A stretch of DNA of 63,818 nt, filler included, from Octopus bimaculoides (Eukaryota), in the NCBI RefSeq assembly GCF_001194135.2. It is 5 parts of 4 records of this genome, joined end to end, with 100 filler letters (N's around TTAATTAATTAA, not from the genome) between each part and the next. Parts side by side here need not be neighbours in the genome. Positions count along the whole stretch, not along the records: positions 1 to 12,666 come from NC_069003.1; positions 12,767 to 25,680 come from NC_068994.1; 3 more parts are not named here. One strand, given 5' to 3'. Below the pieces are notes generated by a model. That model was not told where the DNA came from. It saw only the letters and a list, made by a program, of their open reading frames with translations, and searched no databases. Position numbers and translations under genes: made by a program. Positions 12,421 through 23,822 of the stretch are shown piece by piece (the stretch's first letter is position 1; the number at the start of each line of letters is the position of its first letter).

Positions 12421-12580
12421 ATTGTATATCGTTCATACTCTTTTTTTTAAAACATCACTTCATTACATGTAAACCCTCACACTTTATGTCTGTCGTATTG
12501 TATCCCCCCCTCTACCTCCCCCCCATTCATCCTTCATCCTGGCGACAAATAAAATAAATCATTATTAAAGAAATCATAAA

Positions 12581-12666
12581 AGGCGGCGAGCTGGCAGAAT
12601 CGTTAGAGCGCCGGACGAAATGCTGAGCGGTATTTCGCTCGTCTTTACGTTCTGAGTTCAAATTCT
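12581..12666 (+). mobile_element. SINE family A head, cut by assembly gap
   Basis: aaggcggcgagctggcagaatcgttag...gttctgagttcaaattc. Confidence 0.85.
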
Positions 12667-12710
12667 NNNNNNNNNNNNNNNNNNNNNNNNNNNNNNNNNN
12701 NNNNNNNNNN

Positions 12711-12722
12711 TTAATTAATTAA
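12711..12722. other. Artificial scaffold linker TTAATTAATTAA between 44-N blocks (also 25725-25736, 31353-31364, 60512-60523)
   Basis: The same 44N-12bp-44N layout occurs four times. The palindrome has stop codons in all six frames. Confidence 0.95.
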
Positions 12723-12766
12723 NNNNNNNNNNNNNNNNNNNNNNNNNNNNNNNNNNNNNNNNNNNN

Positions 12767-12814
<48 letters not shown>

Positions 12815-13005
12815 GGACACGTGCACGATCACACACACACACACACAAGCGCATATATACACTATATACAAGCATATACACACGTACCCACACATATACA
12901 CCCGACTAAGAGCACCTACATACGTACACTTTTCTGAATGTGTACGTATGTGTATGTTTGTGTCTGTGCGTGTACGTGCAGACGTGTGTGTGTATGTGTG
13001 TGTGC

Positions 13006-13066
<61 letters not shown>

Positions 13067-14321
13067 NNNNNNNNNNNNNNNNNNNNNNNNNNNNNNNNNN
13101 NNNNNNNNNNNNNNNNNNNNNNNNNNNNNNNNNNNNNNNNNNNNNNNNNNNNNNNNNNNNNNNNNNNNNNNNNNNNNNNNNNNNNNNNNNNNNNNNNNNN
13201 NNNNNNNNNNNNNNNNNNNNNNNNNNNNNNNNNNNNNNNNNNNNNNNNNNNNNNNNNNNNNNNNNNNNNNNNNNNNNNNNNNNNNNNNNNNNNNNNNNNN
13301 NNNNNNNNNNNNNNNNNNNNNNNNNNNNNNNNNNNNNNNNNNNNNNNNNNNNNNNNNNNNNNNNNNNNNNNNNNNNNNNNNNNNNNNNNNNNNNNNNNNN
13401 NNNNNNNNNNNNNNNNNNNNNNNNNNNNNNNNNNNNNNNNNNNNNNNNNNNNNNNNNNNNNNNNNNNNNNNNNNNNNNNNNNNNNNNNNNNNNNNNNNNN
13501 NNNNNNNNNNNNNNNNNNNNNNNNNNNNNNNNNNNNNNNNNNNNNNNNNNNNNNNNNNNNNNNNNNNNNNNNNNNNNNNNNNNNNNNNNNNNNNNNNNNN
13601 NNNNNNNNNNNNNNNNNNNNNNNNNNNNNNNNNNNNNNNNNNNNNNNNNNNNNNNNNNNNNNNNNNNNNNNNNNNNNNNNNNNNNNNNNNNNNNNNNNNN
13701 NNNNNNNNNNNNNNNNNNNNNNNNNNNNNNNNNNNNNNNNNNNNNNNNNNNNNNNNNNNNNNNNNNNNNNNNNNNNNNNNNNNNNNNNNNNNNNNNNNNN
13801 NNNNNNNNNNNNNNNNNNNNNNNNNNNNNNNNNNNNNNNNNNNNNNNNNNNNNNNNNNNNNNNNNNNNNNNNNNNNNNNNNNNNNNNNNNNNNNNNNNNN
13901 NNNNNNNNNNNNNNNNNNNNNNNNNNNNNNNNNNNNNNNNNNNNNNNNNNNNNNNNNNNNNNNNNNNNNNNNNNNNNNNNNNNNNNNNNNNNNNNNNNNN
14001 NNNNNNNNNNNNNNNNNNNNNATCATCATCATCATCATCATATCAATCATCTCTGCATCAGCATCACCTTTATATATTTCTTCATTATCACCGTAACAAC
14101 AATATATTAGAGAGAGAGAGAGAGAGAGAGAGAAGGAAAGATAGACAGAGAGAGCGAGAGAGAGAGAGACGGAGATGGGAGAAAGAGAGAGAAAGAGAGA
14201 GAGAGAGAGAATGAGAAGATAGCGAATTGAGAGTATAATATTTTGTCGGCAGGAAAAAAAAAGAATAAGAAAAAAAGAAAAGAAGAAAAAAAAAAGCCCC
14301 CATCTCTATCGTCGCTGGCAG

Positions 14322-14450
14322 GTTTTTAACGAATTGGAATATCCCATCGGTGAAGTTTGGAGCAGCTAAGGTGGGGGACCCCGTCAGGTTTAACACCGGC
14401 CCACCATCGACGAGGACAGCCGAGACTCGCTTTCTTACTTTGGACAAACG
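14322..14450 (+). CDS. Candidate internal coding exon of an unidentified gene (phase 2-2, 129 nt)
   Basis: GC-rich island with CAG|G acceptor and CG|GTAAGA donor. Length is divisible by 3, with open frame FLTNWNIPSVKFGAAKVGDPVRFNTGPPSTRTAETRFLTLDK. The protein is not recognised and the pyrimidine tract is modest. Confidence 0.35.
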
Positions 14451-14619
14451 GTAAGAGCTACTTTCTCAAAAAACAACAAAACACAATCACCTCCTACTCC
14501 TTCTCCTACCTTCTTGCTTCTTTTCCTTTTTCTTCTGCTTTTCTATGTTCTCCTCTTACTACTCCTTAATTCCTACCTCTTTCACACTACATACATGCAT
14601 CCATACATATCTATAATGT

Positions 14620-15290
14620 ATACGTATGTATGCTTGTGCGTGTGTGTGTGTATGTATGTATGTGTGCATGTACATACGTACGTATGATGTATGTATGTAT
14701 GTATATATGTATGTATGTATATATGTATGTATGTATGTATGTGTGTGTGTATGTAGATTAAACTACACCAACACACATGGCGGCAAACAGAGGATGCTGT
14801 CCAGACTCCATAGCTAGACCTATTAGAAATAGCAGCTGAATCTCTCATAAATCACTCTGCCGTCTCAAGAGGGAGAAGGCACATTGAATAATGTAGTATT
14901 GTGTGTGTGTGTGTGGTTGTTTGCCTGTATATGTATGCATGCGTGTATATTTGTATGTATATATTCATACATACATGTGTGCGCGCGTGTATGCCCGTTG
15001 TACGTGTGTATGCGTGATGTATACGTACACACAGGTATGTATGTATGTATGTGTGCATGTATGTATGTATGTATGTATGTACGTGTGTGTGTATGTATGT
15101 GTGTATGTGTGTATGTATGTACATGTGCGTGTATGTGTGTGTGTATGTATGTGTGTGTGTATGTATGTATGTGCAAGTATGTATGTATGTGTGCATGTAT
15201 GTATGTGTGCATGTATGTATGTATGTATATATGTATGTGTATGTATGTATGTGTGTGTGTGTGTGTATATGTATGTGTGTGTATGTATAC
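14620..15290. repeat. (TATG)n/(TG)n compound arrays
   Basis: Directly visible; these generate the spurious MYVC/HTYI ORFs. Confidence 0.95.
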
Positions 15291-15299
15291 ACAGCAGCC

Positions 15300-15520
15300 T
15301 GGAAAGAATACGGGATGGCCATAAGTGAAGCGCTTTCTGATGGTCGGTCCATTCGTGCAGGACTTACCTGAGGCTAAAATAACATCATCGGCCGCGATGG
15401 CCAGTTTCTACACAGGAAGTCCCTACACAATCGTTCATTGGACGAGCTAGAAATAGCCACCAAATTAGCCCTCAACTGTCTAAAGGAAAGCCGGATTGGA
15501 TAATGCATTTCTAGATGTGT
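15300..15520 (-). mobile_element. Interspersed repeat family E (unclassified; related pieces at 14815-14900 (-), 16185-16255, 22733-22790, 23215-23262)
   Basis: The motifs agatttggctgc.atgtcta (or its reverse complement tagaaatagc...aaat) and cagtccagc..tgaccatc recur at several sites, and occur together in order at 16185-16255. Confidence 0.5.
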
Positions 15521-15626
15521 GGAAGCAAAAGGCGGTATTGTCATGGCTGGCACGTCTTGGATTACTGGCAAGTTAAATATCCGTCTTACTGACGCCGACA
15601 CAAACTGTTACTCCATTACATTTCTA

Positions 15627-15629
<3 letters not shown>

Positions 15630-15665
<36 letters not shown>

Positions 15666-16120
15666 ACTCTCTCATCTTCTCTCTCCTTCTCTCTCTTTCT
15701 CCTTCTCTGTCTCTCTTTCCCTCTCTCCGTCTCTCTGCCACTCTTTCTCTCTCTCCCGTCAATTAAGCAATCAATTGATCTGTCCATTTATCTATCTACC
15801 TATCTATCTACCTGCCTATCTATCTATCTATCTATCTGTCTATCTATCTATCTATCTACCTTTTTATCTATCTGTCTGTCTGTCTGTTTGTCTATCTATC
15901 TATCTGTTTATTGATATATTTACATATCTATCTATCTACCTGCCTATATATCTATCTATTTCTTTATCTATCTGTCTGTCTATATATCTATCTACCTATC
16001 TATTTCTTTATCTATCTGTTAATCTATCTATCTATCTATGTACCTGTCTGTCTCTCTATCTACCTGTCTATCTATCTATCTATCTGTCTGTCTGTCTATC
16101 TGCCTGTCTACCTATCTATC
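15630..16120. repeat. (CT)n followed by (TCTA)n/(TCTG)n arrays
   Basis: Directly visible. Confidence 0.95.
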
Positions 16121-16255
16121 TCAATTTTACAAGCTTTATTTATTTTCCTTTTGCCATCATTATCCTCATGGCTGATGTTGTTTAAAAGCAGTCCAGCATT
16201 GACCATCCTGTAATTTCCCTAAGAGAACCGAGATTTGGCTGCCATGTCTAACACG

Positions 16256-16299
<44 letters not shown>

Positions 16300-16324
16300 A
16301 CTTAGAGGCTATCGCGCTGGCTTG

Positions 16325-17045
16325 TCTAGGTGTGGTTGTTGTTGTTGTTGCTAATGTTGTAGGTGTGGTTCGACATTAGTTAGAGTCGAAAATGTTGTTG
16401 TTGAGCCTCAACCCATCCGCCACCGACGCCAAGTGGTCGCTGCTGTCGTTGTTGTTGTTGTTGTTGGAGGTGAAAGGGGGTGGCGGTGGTGGTGGTGGTG
16501 GTNNNNNNNNNNNNNNNNNNNNNNNNNNNNNNNNNNNNNNNNNNNNNNNNNNNNNNNNNNNNNNNNNNNNNNNNNNNNNNNNNNNNNNNNNNNNNNNNNN
16601 NNNNNNNNNNNNNNNNNNNNNNNNNNNNNNNNNNNNNNNNNNNNNNNNNNNNNNNNNNNNNNNNNNNNNNNNNNNNNNNNNNNNNNNNNNNNNNNNNNNN
16701 NNNNNNNNNNNNNNNNNNNNNNNNNNNNNNNNNNNNNNNNNNNNNNNNNNNNNNNNNNNNNNNNNNNNNNNNNNNNNNNNNNNNNNNNNNNNNNNNNNNN
16801 NNNNNNNNNNNNNNNNNNNNNNNNNNNNNNNNNNNNNNNNNNNNNNNNNNNNNNNNNNNNNNNNNNNNNNGTTATGATGATGATCATCATCATTAGCAGC
16901 AGCAGCAGCATCATCAACGTTATGATCATCACCACAATCGTCATCGTCGTCACCACCACCACCACCACCACCATCATCATCATCATCGCCATCATCATCA
17001 CCACCACCATCATCATCATCATCAACATCATCATCATCATCGTCA
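16325..17045. repeat. Compound (GTT)n/(GGT)n/(CAT)n/(CAC)n array around a gap
   Basis: Directly visible. Confidence 0.9.
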
Positions 17046-17059
17046 CTGTAGTAGCTTTA

Positions 17060-17277
17060 GACAAAATGCCTTGCGGTATATCGCTCCGACCCTTTTCTTA
17101 CATTTTGAGTTCAAATCCTGCCGAGATCAACTTTTTATCTTTTGTTTTTTATTATCTATTTATCTTTTTTCTTGTTCAACTTTCTTTCGAGTACCAGTCA
17201 AGTATTGGAATCAATACACCCGACTTATCCATCACCCCCACTCATTTCCCGGGCCTTGGTCCCTATGTTAGAAATCA
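17060..17277 (+). mobile_element. Degenerate SINE family A
   Basis: aaatgccttgcggtat...gagttcaaatcctgccgagatcaacttt...gtaccagtcaag...gggccttggtccctatgttagaaatca. Confidence 0.65.
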
Positions 17278-17776
17278 GACGCTGAACTGTCGAAACGCGT
17301 AGCGGCATTTCGTCCCTTTTTCCCTTCCGAACTGAAATACCGCCGGCGTCGTCCCTGCCTTCCGTCCTGTGCCGGGTCAATAAGATTACGTATTGAGATA
17401 AAGTGTTTATAAATTATAGCAATATTAATAGGGGTTATTAAATTATTACTTTTAAATTTTGAATTGAAGTGGGAGTTGCATTTGTGTCGTATAGCCAGCT
17501 GGAGATGATGTCTCTTGGGGCTAAATTACAGCAACATTCGTCCTAAACCAGGACTGCCATGTGATGTTGGCAAACAATCTTTACTCCAAAGTACTCTGGC
17601 TGAATATCTCATGTTGTGAGATTTACAAATAGTAATTTTCTAAGATAAATACGAGTTGAGCATTGATTTCGATGTAATCCAAGGGCTGTCAAACTTTTTG
17701 CGGCCACCGCCCCACTCATGGCCACTCTCACCCCTATTTTTATGTATAAATAAGTATTTTATATTTTACTAATTTA

Positions 17777-18149
17777 GGAGTGGCTGTGTGGTAAGAAGCT
17801 TGCTTCCCAACCACATGGTTCCGGGTTCAGTCCCACTGCGTGACACCTTGGGCAGGTCTATTCTACAATAGCCTCAGGCCGATCAAAGCCTTGTGAGTGG
17901 ATTTGGTAGACGGAAACTGAAAAGAAGCCCGTCGGAGGGGGGGTGTCTGTGTTTGTCACCCATCATCGCTTGACAACCGATGGTGGCGTGTCTATGTCCC
18001 CGTAACTTAGCGGTTCGGCAAAAAGAGACCGATAGAATAAGTACTAGGCTTACAAAGAATAAGTCATGGGGTCGATTTGTTCGACTAAAGGCGGTGCTCC
18101 AGCATGGCCGCAGTCAAGTGACTGAAACAAGTAAAAGAATAAAAGAATA
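17777..18149 (+). mobile_element. Full-length tRNA-derived SINE family B (reference copy)
   Basis: A-box tggctgtgtggtaag, B-box-like ggttcagtccc, ccttgggcag box, body, and tail gactgaaacaagtaaaagaataaaagaata. Confidence 0.92.
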
Positions 18150-18207
18150 CTATGAATCGTTTGATATTTAATATAATTCGTATACAATACTATATAAGAG
18201 GAGGAGA

Positions 18208-18318
18208 GGAGACCCCTTCGGTCATGACTGACCCTGGGATTGCACCTAGAAAGTTACCCTCCCAGGCACAAGTCCGGGCAAGGTCGTTTATGGAAGACCA
18301 GCAGTCGCCCATGCATAC
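18208..18318 (-). mobile_element. SINE family C 3' tail fragment
   Basis: gaccccttcggtcatga...gggattgcaccta...ggaagaccagcagtcgcccatgcatac is shared with 43546 and 55231. Confidence 0.8.
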
Positions 18319-18328
18319 ATACACACTC

Positions 18329-18359
<31 letters not shown>

Positions 18360-18488
18360 CGTGTGTGTGTGTGTGTGTGTGATAATTAATTAATTAGTAA
18401 ATTAATTAATATACATAATAATTTATTTATTAATTTATATCCATTGAATCCATTTTCAAACTTCAAAATAATATTTGATGTATATATA

Positions 18489-18645
18489 CACGACAGGCTT
18501 CTTTTAGTTTCTGTCTACCAAATCCACTCACAAGGCTTTGGTCGGCCTGACGCTATAGTAGAAGACATTTATGCAAGGTGCCACGTAGTGGGACTGAACC
18601 CGGAACCACGTGGTTGCTGAGCAAGAATCTTACCACACAGCCACG
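18489..18645 (-). mobile_element. SINE family B head
   Basis: Reverse complement of the first ~160 nt of the 17777 copy. Confidence 0.85.
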
Positions 18646-18649
18646 AAGA

Positions 18650-19144
18650 GCTGTATTACTGATGTTCTGCGACCGAATCCAGCCAGGGGTGGCGGGGACT
18701 ACCCTGTTTTCTGGTGATTTCGGTTTCAAACTGTTGCACAGCATGGCTGGCCAAGTCGCTGGCCAAACCTTCCGATCCGCATCTTCTTCAAGGTCAATTT
18801 ACAGGTAGAGAGGATGCGCTTCGCTCGGCCTTTCCAACAGTTCATACGCCCGCCACATTGACAAGAACCTGCTGTTAGTATTCTTGGCAATTGGTTCACC
18901 TCCATACGGGTTACCTGCCCGGTTCAGCGGAGAATGCGTTTCCTGTTCATTGCTCTGGCATTGATGGATCAGGCACACACCTGAGAATTTCAGAGTGAGG
19001 AATTTTGTCCTTCTTAATGATTCTAAGAACACGCTGCAGGTAGCCAAAGTGGAAGGCTTCCAAAATTCTTATTTGCTTCCTGCAGAGCGTCCACGCATCA
19101 CACGTGTATAACAGAGTCGAAACCGAAACAGCCTGATAAACAAT
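18650..19144 (-). mobile_element. RTE-clade LINE ORF2 C-terminal fragment, decayed
   Basis: Minus strand translates VYQAVSVSTLLYTCDAWTLCRKQIRILEAFHFGYLQRVLRI..KDKIPHSEIL, matching the RTE motif VY.A.V..TLLYG.E.W......L..FH...LR.IL.I.W.D...N.EVL. Confidence 0.85.
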
Positions 19145-19285
19145 GAGGTTTGCTTCCCAACCACATGGTTCTGGGTTCAATTCCATTGTGGGGAACCTTG
19201 AGCAAGTGTTTTCTACTATAGCCCAGTGAGAACCAAAGATTTGAGAGTGGATTCGGTACATGGAAACTGGAAGAAGCCCGTCGAA
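19145..19285 (+). mobile_element. SINE family B head fragment
   Basis: ttgcttcccaaccacatggttctgggttcaattcc...ccttgagcaagtg...aagaagcccgtcg, followed by (TA)n. Confidence 0.8.
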
Positions 19286-19423
19286 TATATATATATATAT
19301 ATATAACATAAATAATATATAAATATATGCATGTATACATACATATATGTACATACCTAAATCTATATGTATACATACATATAGATGTAGGTATGTACAT
19401 ATATGTATGGATATATGCATATA

Positions 19424-19528
19424 TTTATTCTATCGATAACTTTTGCCGAACCACTAGGTTACGGGGACGTAAACACCAACTTCGGTTGTCAAGCGATGGT
19501 GGGCAGACAAATACAAACACACAAACAC

Positions 19529-19559
<31 letters not shown>

Positions 19560-19744
19560 TATATGAATATATATATATAGTTATACGACGGGCTTCTTTC
19601 AGTTTCCATCTACCAAATCCAATCACAAGGCTTTGGTCGGCCCGAGGCTATAATAGAAGATACTTGCCCAAGGTGCCACGCAGTGGGACTGAACCCGGAA
19701 CCATGTGGTTGGGAAGCAAGCTACTTACCACACAGCCACTCCTG
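19424..19744 (-). mobile_element. SINE family B, 3'-truncated
   Basis: Head, internal (CA)/(TA) tract and part of the body match family B. Confidence 0.9.
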
Positions 19745-19779
19745 TTTAATAATAATAATTAAAAAAAAAAAAAAAACTT

Positions 19780-20599
19780 ATTTACCTAAGTTTTACCTTC
19801 GAAATAGCCACCTTGCGCAACAATACACCGGTCCCAGCGTTCCTGTCATTTTGGGAATTCAGCCTGGAAGTCGCTTTCCGTAAATGAGTCGAGGACCTTC
19901 TGTGATTCGCTCTTGGCCTTGACAAGGGTGTTTAAAACGGCAACCTTTAAGCTTCATTTTCACCTTGGGGAAGAGCTGGATGTCCGCAAGTGCTAAATCT
20001 GGCGAATAAGGCAGGCGTGGAAACGATACCATGTTGTTTTTGACGAGAAAATCTCGATGACAGGACGCATTGTCCTCGTGATGAATTCAATCGTTGTTGG
20101 ACCCGCACCGACAGATCAACAACACCAGCAATGTCATTGGTTGTCCTCTGACCATCTTCATGTACAAGCTGATGAATTTTCTTCTCATTTCCGGATGTGA
20201 AGCTCGTTGCAGGTCTTCGAGATCACTCATCGTCTCCCAGGGACGTTGTTCAGCTTTTGAAGCGCCCGTGCCACTCGAAACATTGCATATGACTCATTGC
20301 CATAAACTTGTCGTCATACGCATGCTCACTGTCTCTGTAGCAGACTTCCCAGGTTTAACGCAAAACTTCACCTTGACTCTTTCTTCCAACTCCTTGTCCA
20401 TAACAAAAATTACAAACTACAGCATACACCTGATCACAAAAACACAAATTTCTCAACTTGCAAAGTAAACACAGCGATGTCACTCGGCACACTGTCTTGT
20501 GAAGGTCACTACAAGCTTTCACTGCGCACGCAACCGTGTGCTGCCATCTGTTGGCGCGCTACTGAACTAGTCTGAGAACGTTTTTGATACCGCTTCTTA
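19780..20599 (-). mobile_element. Mariner (DD34D-type) transposon remnant with internal deletion
   Basis: Minus strand: MDKELEERVKVKFCVKPGKSATET..., HEDGQRTTNDIA, then HHEDNASCH..FLVKN...LPYSPDLALADIQLFPKVKMKLKG and RWDRCIVAQGGYFEG. A TIR-like end (ta)agaagcggtatcaaaaacgttctcagac lies at ~20570-20599. Confidence 0.85.
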
Positions 20600-20683
20600 C
20601 ATTTTATGCTTACTGCAAGTAACTTACCTCTCGGAGACACCAAATTTTGTATAAAATCAATGAATTTTAACTGATATCTTATC

Positions 20684-21068
20684 TTTTATGATTTACTTGT
20701 TTCAGTCATTGCGACCATGCTGGGGCATCTCCGTGAACGGTGTAGTCCAACAAACCGCCCGCAGTACTTGCTTTTTTATACTTGTTCCATCGGTTTCTCT
20801 AGTCGAACTGCTATGTTTCTACTGGCTCGCAAATAAATCACCACCGGTTGTCAAGCGGTGGTAGGGAAGACACACACACACATTTATATACGCATTATGT
20901 ATGCATGTGTGTGTGTGTGTGCGACTGGCTTACTTCAGTTTCCGTCTACCAAATTCGCTCTCAAGATGTTGATTGGCCGTAGCTATAGAAGCCACTTGCG
21001 CAAGGTGCCACGCAGTGGAACTGAACCCGAAACCATTTGGCTGGGGAGCAAACTTCTAACCCCACGCC
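20684..21068 (-). mobile_element. Diverged full-length SINE family B
   Basis: Colinear with the family-B reference on the minus strand, with many substitutions. Confidence 0.8.
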
Positions 21069-21114
21069 TATATATTGGTTTCAAATTTTTGCACAAGGCC
21101 AGAAATTAGGGCTA

Positions 21115-21272
21115 AATATTTTGCGGTGCTTCTCCCAGCTTTTTCAGGTTCTGTGTTCACATCTCGGCAAGGTCAGTTTTGCCTTTCATCCTCCGGGGGG
21201 GTCGATCATATCGACTGCTCCCCCCACCCAACCACACGCAAAATCGCTGGCCCTCTGCCTAAGTTAGAAACC
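21115..21272 (+). mobile_element. Degenerate SINE family A (preceded by a minus-strand family-A tail at 21078-21110)
   Basis: ttttgcctttcatcctcc..ggggtcgat...aaatcgctggccctctgcctaagttagaaacca. Confidence 0.6.
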
Positions 21273-21289
21273 ATTTTATTAAAACGATG

Positions 21290-21425
21290 AGCGTGATGCC
21301 GACAACGATGACGACGCCGATGATGATGACGATGATGATGATGACGATGATGATGACGATGATGATGATGATGATGATGATGATGAGAATGGTGGAGGTG
21401 GTGGTGGTGGTGGTGGTGGTACTGA

Positions 21426-21474
<49 letters not shown>

Positions 21475-21497
21475 GTGATGATGATGGTGATGATGCC

Positions 21498-21540
<43 letters not shown>

Positions 21541-21615
21541 ATGGTGGTGGTGGTGGTGATGATGATGATGATAATGATGGTGGTGGTGGTGATGGTGGTG
21601 GTGATGATGATGATG
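21290..21615. repeat. (GAT)n/(GGT)n compound array
   Basis: Directly visible; source of the poly-His and poly-Met ORFs. Confidence 0.95.
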
Positions 21616-22136
21616 CAACACTGCGCCTTTTGCGTGTGTGTGTGTGTGTGTGTTTAGGCCCCATTAAAGTTGTATAATTCAAGAGTAGGCTGGGGGAGGA
21701 GGGAGAGAGGGAAGGGAGGGAGCAGTAGTCAAACAAGCGCACAATTTCACAGGCGGTAGACAAGATCACAAAAGCAGGAACAGGAAGGAATGTTAGCCTG
21801 CTTTAAGCTTGCTTTTATAGTATTATGTCAACTGTACAACATGCTTCGCAACAGCGCTTGCCTGATGCTGCTGCTGCTGTTGTTGTATGTGTGGATGGAC
21901 ATGTAATTGTACTTAGCATGTTGTTGTTGTTGATTATGATGATGATGATGGTGTTGGTTAAAGGCAGTTTATCACTGATCAGGCACATATAAAAACAGAA
22001 CGGGAACTTTTTCCGTTTGAGTCACAGCGCCCCCATATTTCTGGTTGGTCGATAATGGAACCTTCTGATTGGCTAAAATTACCGACAATTTCAATCTTGA
22101 AGATTCCTTTTTATCTTCTATCTCTCTTTCTTTTTT

Positions 22137-22641
22137 TCTCTTTTACTTGTTTCAGTCATTTGACTGCGGCCATGCTGGAGCACCGCCTTTAGTCGAGCAA
22201 ATCGACCCCGGGACTTATTTTTTGTAAGCCTAGTACTTATTCTATCGGTGTCTTTTGCCGAACCGCTAAGTTACGGGGACATAAACACACCAGCATCGGT
22301 TGTCAAGCAATGCTAGGGGGACAANNNNNNNNNNCTAGTACTTATTCTATCGGTGTCTTTTGCCGAACCGCTAAGTTACGGGGACATAAACACACCAGCA
22401 TCGGTTGTCAAGCAATGCTAGGGGGACAAACGCAGACACACAAACACACACACACATATATATATATATACATATATACGACGGGCTTCTTTCAGTTTTC
22501 GTCTACCAAATCCACTCAGAAGGCTTTAGTTTGCCTGAGGCTATAGTAGAAGACACTTTCCCAAGATGCCACGCAGTGGGACTGAACCCGGAACCATGTG
22601 GTTGGTAAGCAAGCTACTTACCACACAGCCACTCCTGCGCC
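22137..22641 (-). mobile_element. Full-length SINE family B (young), with an assembly-duplicated ~95-bp segment around a 10-N gap
   Basis: Very close to the reverse complement of the 17777 copy. 22230-22324 is repeated identically at 22335-22429. A second family-B tail follows at 22645-22720. Confidence 0.92.
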
Positions 22642-23600
22642 TATCCTTTACTTGTTTCAATCATTAGACTGCGGCCATGCTTGAGCACCACCCTAAGGAA
22701 TTTTTAGTCGAATAAATCGATCTAAAATCGTAGGAGATTTGGTCGCTATGTCTAATAGCCCGGTGGGTCACATGAAAGCTCCCTCACTGCTGCCTATTGC
22801 AATTGTCCTTGGCATCTTGTAGCTTTTATCGATGTTTAAATTGAGATCATGTCTGATCGAACAGATTCTAAGCTGGATGAAAGACATTCCAGCCGTGACC
22901 GTTCTGTTTTATTTGTATATCAAATGTGTCTTTATTTATCGTTAAAGGCGCGAAATTGTAATGATTTTTGGACGATAACTGACGAGGAAAAGGTATACCC
23001 ACGTCTTGTGTGTGAATTTTCCGCGTGTCCTTCAATGCAATGCTTCAAGAATGTTTCTTTCAAATAGATTTAGCTGCTGTTTCAAGGAGACTGTATATCT
23101 ACCTAGAGGCTCCCTTAGTTGCTACCTCGTGTATGGGTGGATGTAGAATTGGACTGAACATGGTGTCGCACTATCGTTGTTGTTGTTGTAGTTGTTGCTG
23201 CTGCGGTTGCTTAATGCCAGGTCGTCCCTAATAGATAAAAGGCAGTCCAGCCATGACCATCTATATATATACAGAGAGACTGGCAGACAGAGACATGCAC
23301 ATACATACGGCCATTCTATTAACCAATATACAAGTGCCTGGTTTTTCTAACTCGCGGATTCTTAGACTGTATGTGGGGGGAGTGCATAAAAATGAGCTAA
23401 AAAGAATAATTCCGAGGAAATTTGTCCTGGTATTATATTTCCTCGTTGCATGATCCTTCTTTCATTTACCATTATTGGAATTTTTTTCATCCATCCCTAA
23501 GTACTTCTAGAATTCTTCATCGGATATCGGAGAGACCGCATGGCCATTAATTGAAATGTTGTTTGATGGGATTGTAGTTCTCACTCGCTTTACAACCATG

Positions 23601-23822
23601 TACGAAAGGGCGCTAAAAACATTCCCGGCTGTAAGGGTGCCGCGAAAAGCCTGGTTGGCGGCCCAATCTTCCCAGTTCTTTTACATGACTTAGAAAAGCC
23701 AAAGGATCTCTGCAACAGATATATGAATCTGAGAGGGGAATATGTTGAGTAAAATCGTAATTACCTGAGCCCCTAGTATTTACTTTTACTCAAAGCCAGG
23801 AACTTTTCAGCACCCTCTCGAA
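23601..23822 (+). mobile_element. Mariner-derived MITE (~220 bp)
   Basis: Imperfect TIRs tacgaaagggcgctaaaaacattcccggct and agccaggaacttttcagcaccctctcga. The internal remnant CNRYMNLRGEYVE* resembles a mariner C-terminus. Confidence 0.7.

Noticed and set aside
12667-12766. TTAATTAATTAA palindromes embedded in N-runs, four times
   Set aside because: The identical 44N-12-44N format and six-frame stop design indicate an assembly linker, not biology. Adjacency across these joins is unverified.
15368-15407. Minus-strand KLAIAADDVILAS (RT-like ADD motif) with a CAG|GTAAGT donor
   Set aside because: It lies within the family-E interspersed repeat, with motifs shared with 14815, 16185, 22733 and 23215. 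No other RT motifs line up convincingly.
17281-17312. ctgaactgtcgaaacgcgta as a hammerhead
   Set aside because: There is no CUGANGA core or stem II, and it aligns to a degenerate SINE-A head (…gcgaaatgcttagcggcatttcgtcc).
17777-17850. tRNA genes at SINE heads (also 26516, 38960-39028, 55480-55553)
   Set aside because: A and B boxes are present, but there is no complete cloverleaf or acceptor stem, and each continues into a SINE body.
21259-21657. Poly-His/poly-Met and other homopolymer ORFs throughout the ORF track
   Set aside because: They are translations of microsatellites or N-gaps with no independent coding evidence.
22230-22429. Perfect ~95-bp tandem duplication inside a SINE (similar case at 44885-45000)
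   Set aside because: The copies are separated by a 10-N gap, the signature of unmerged overlapping contig ends.
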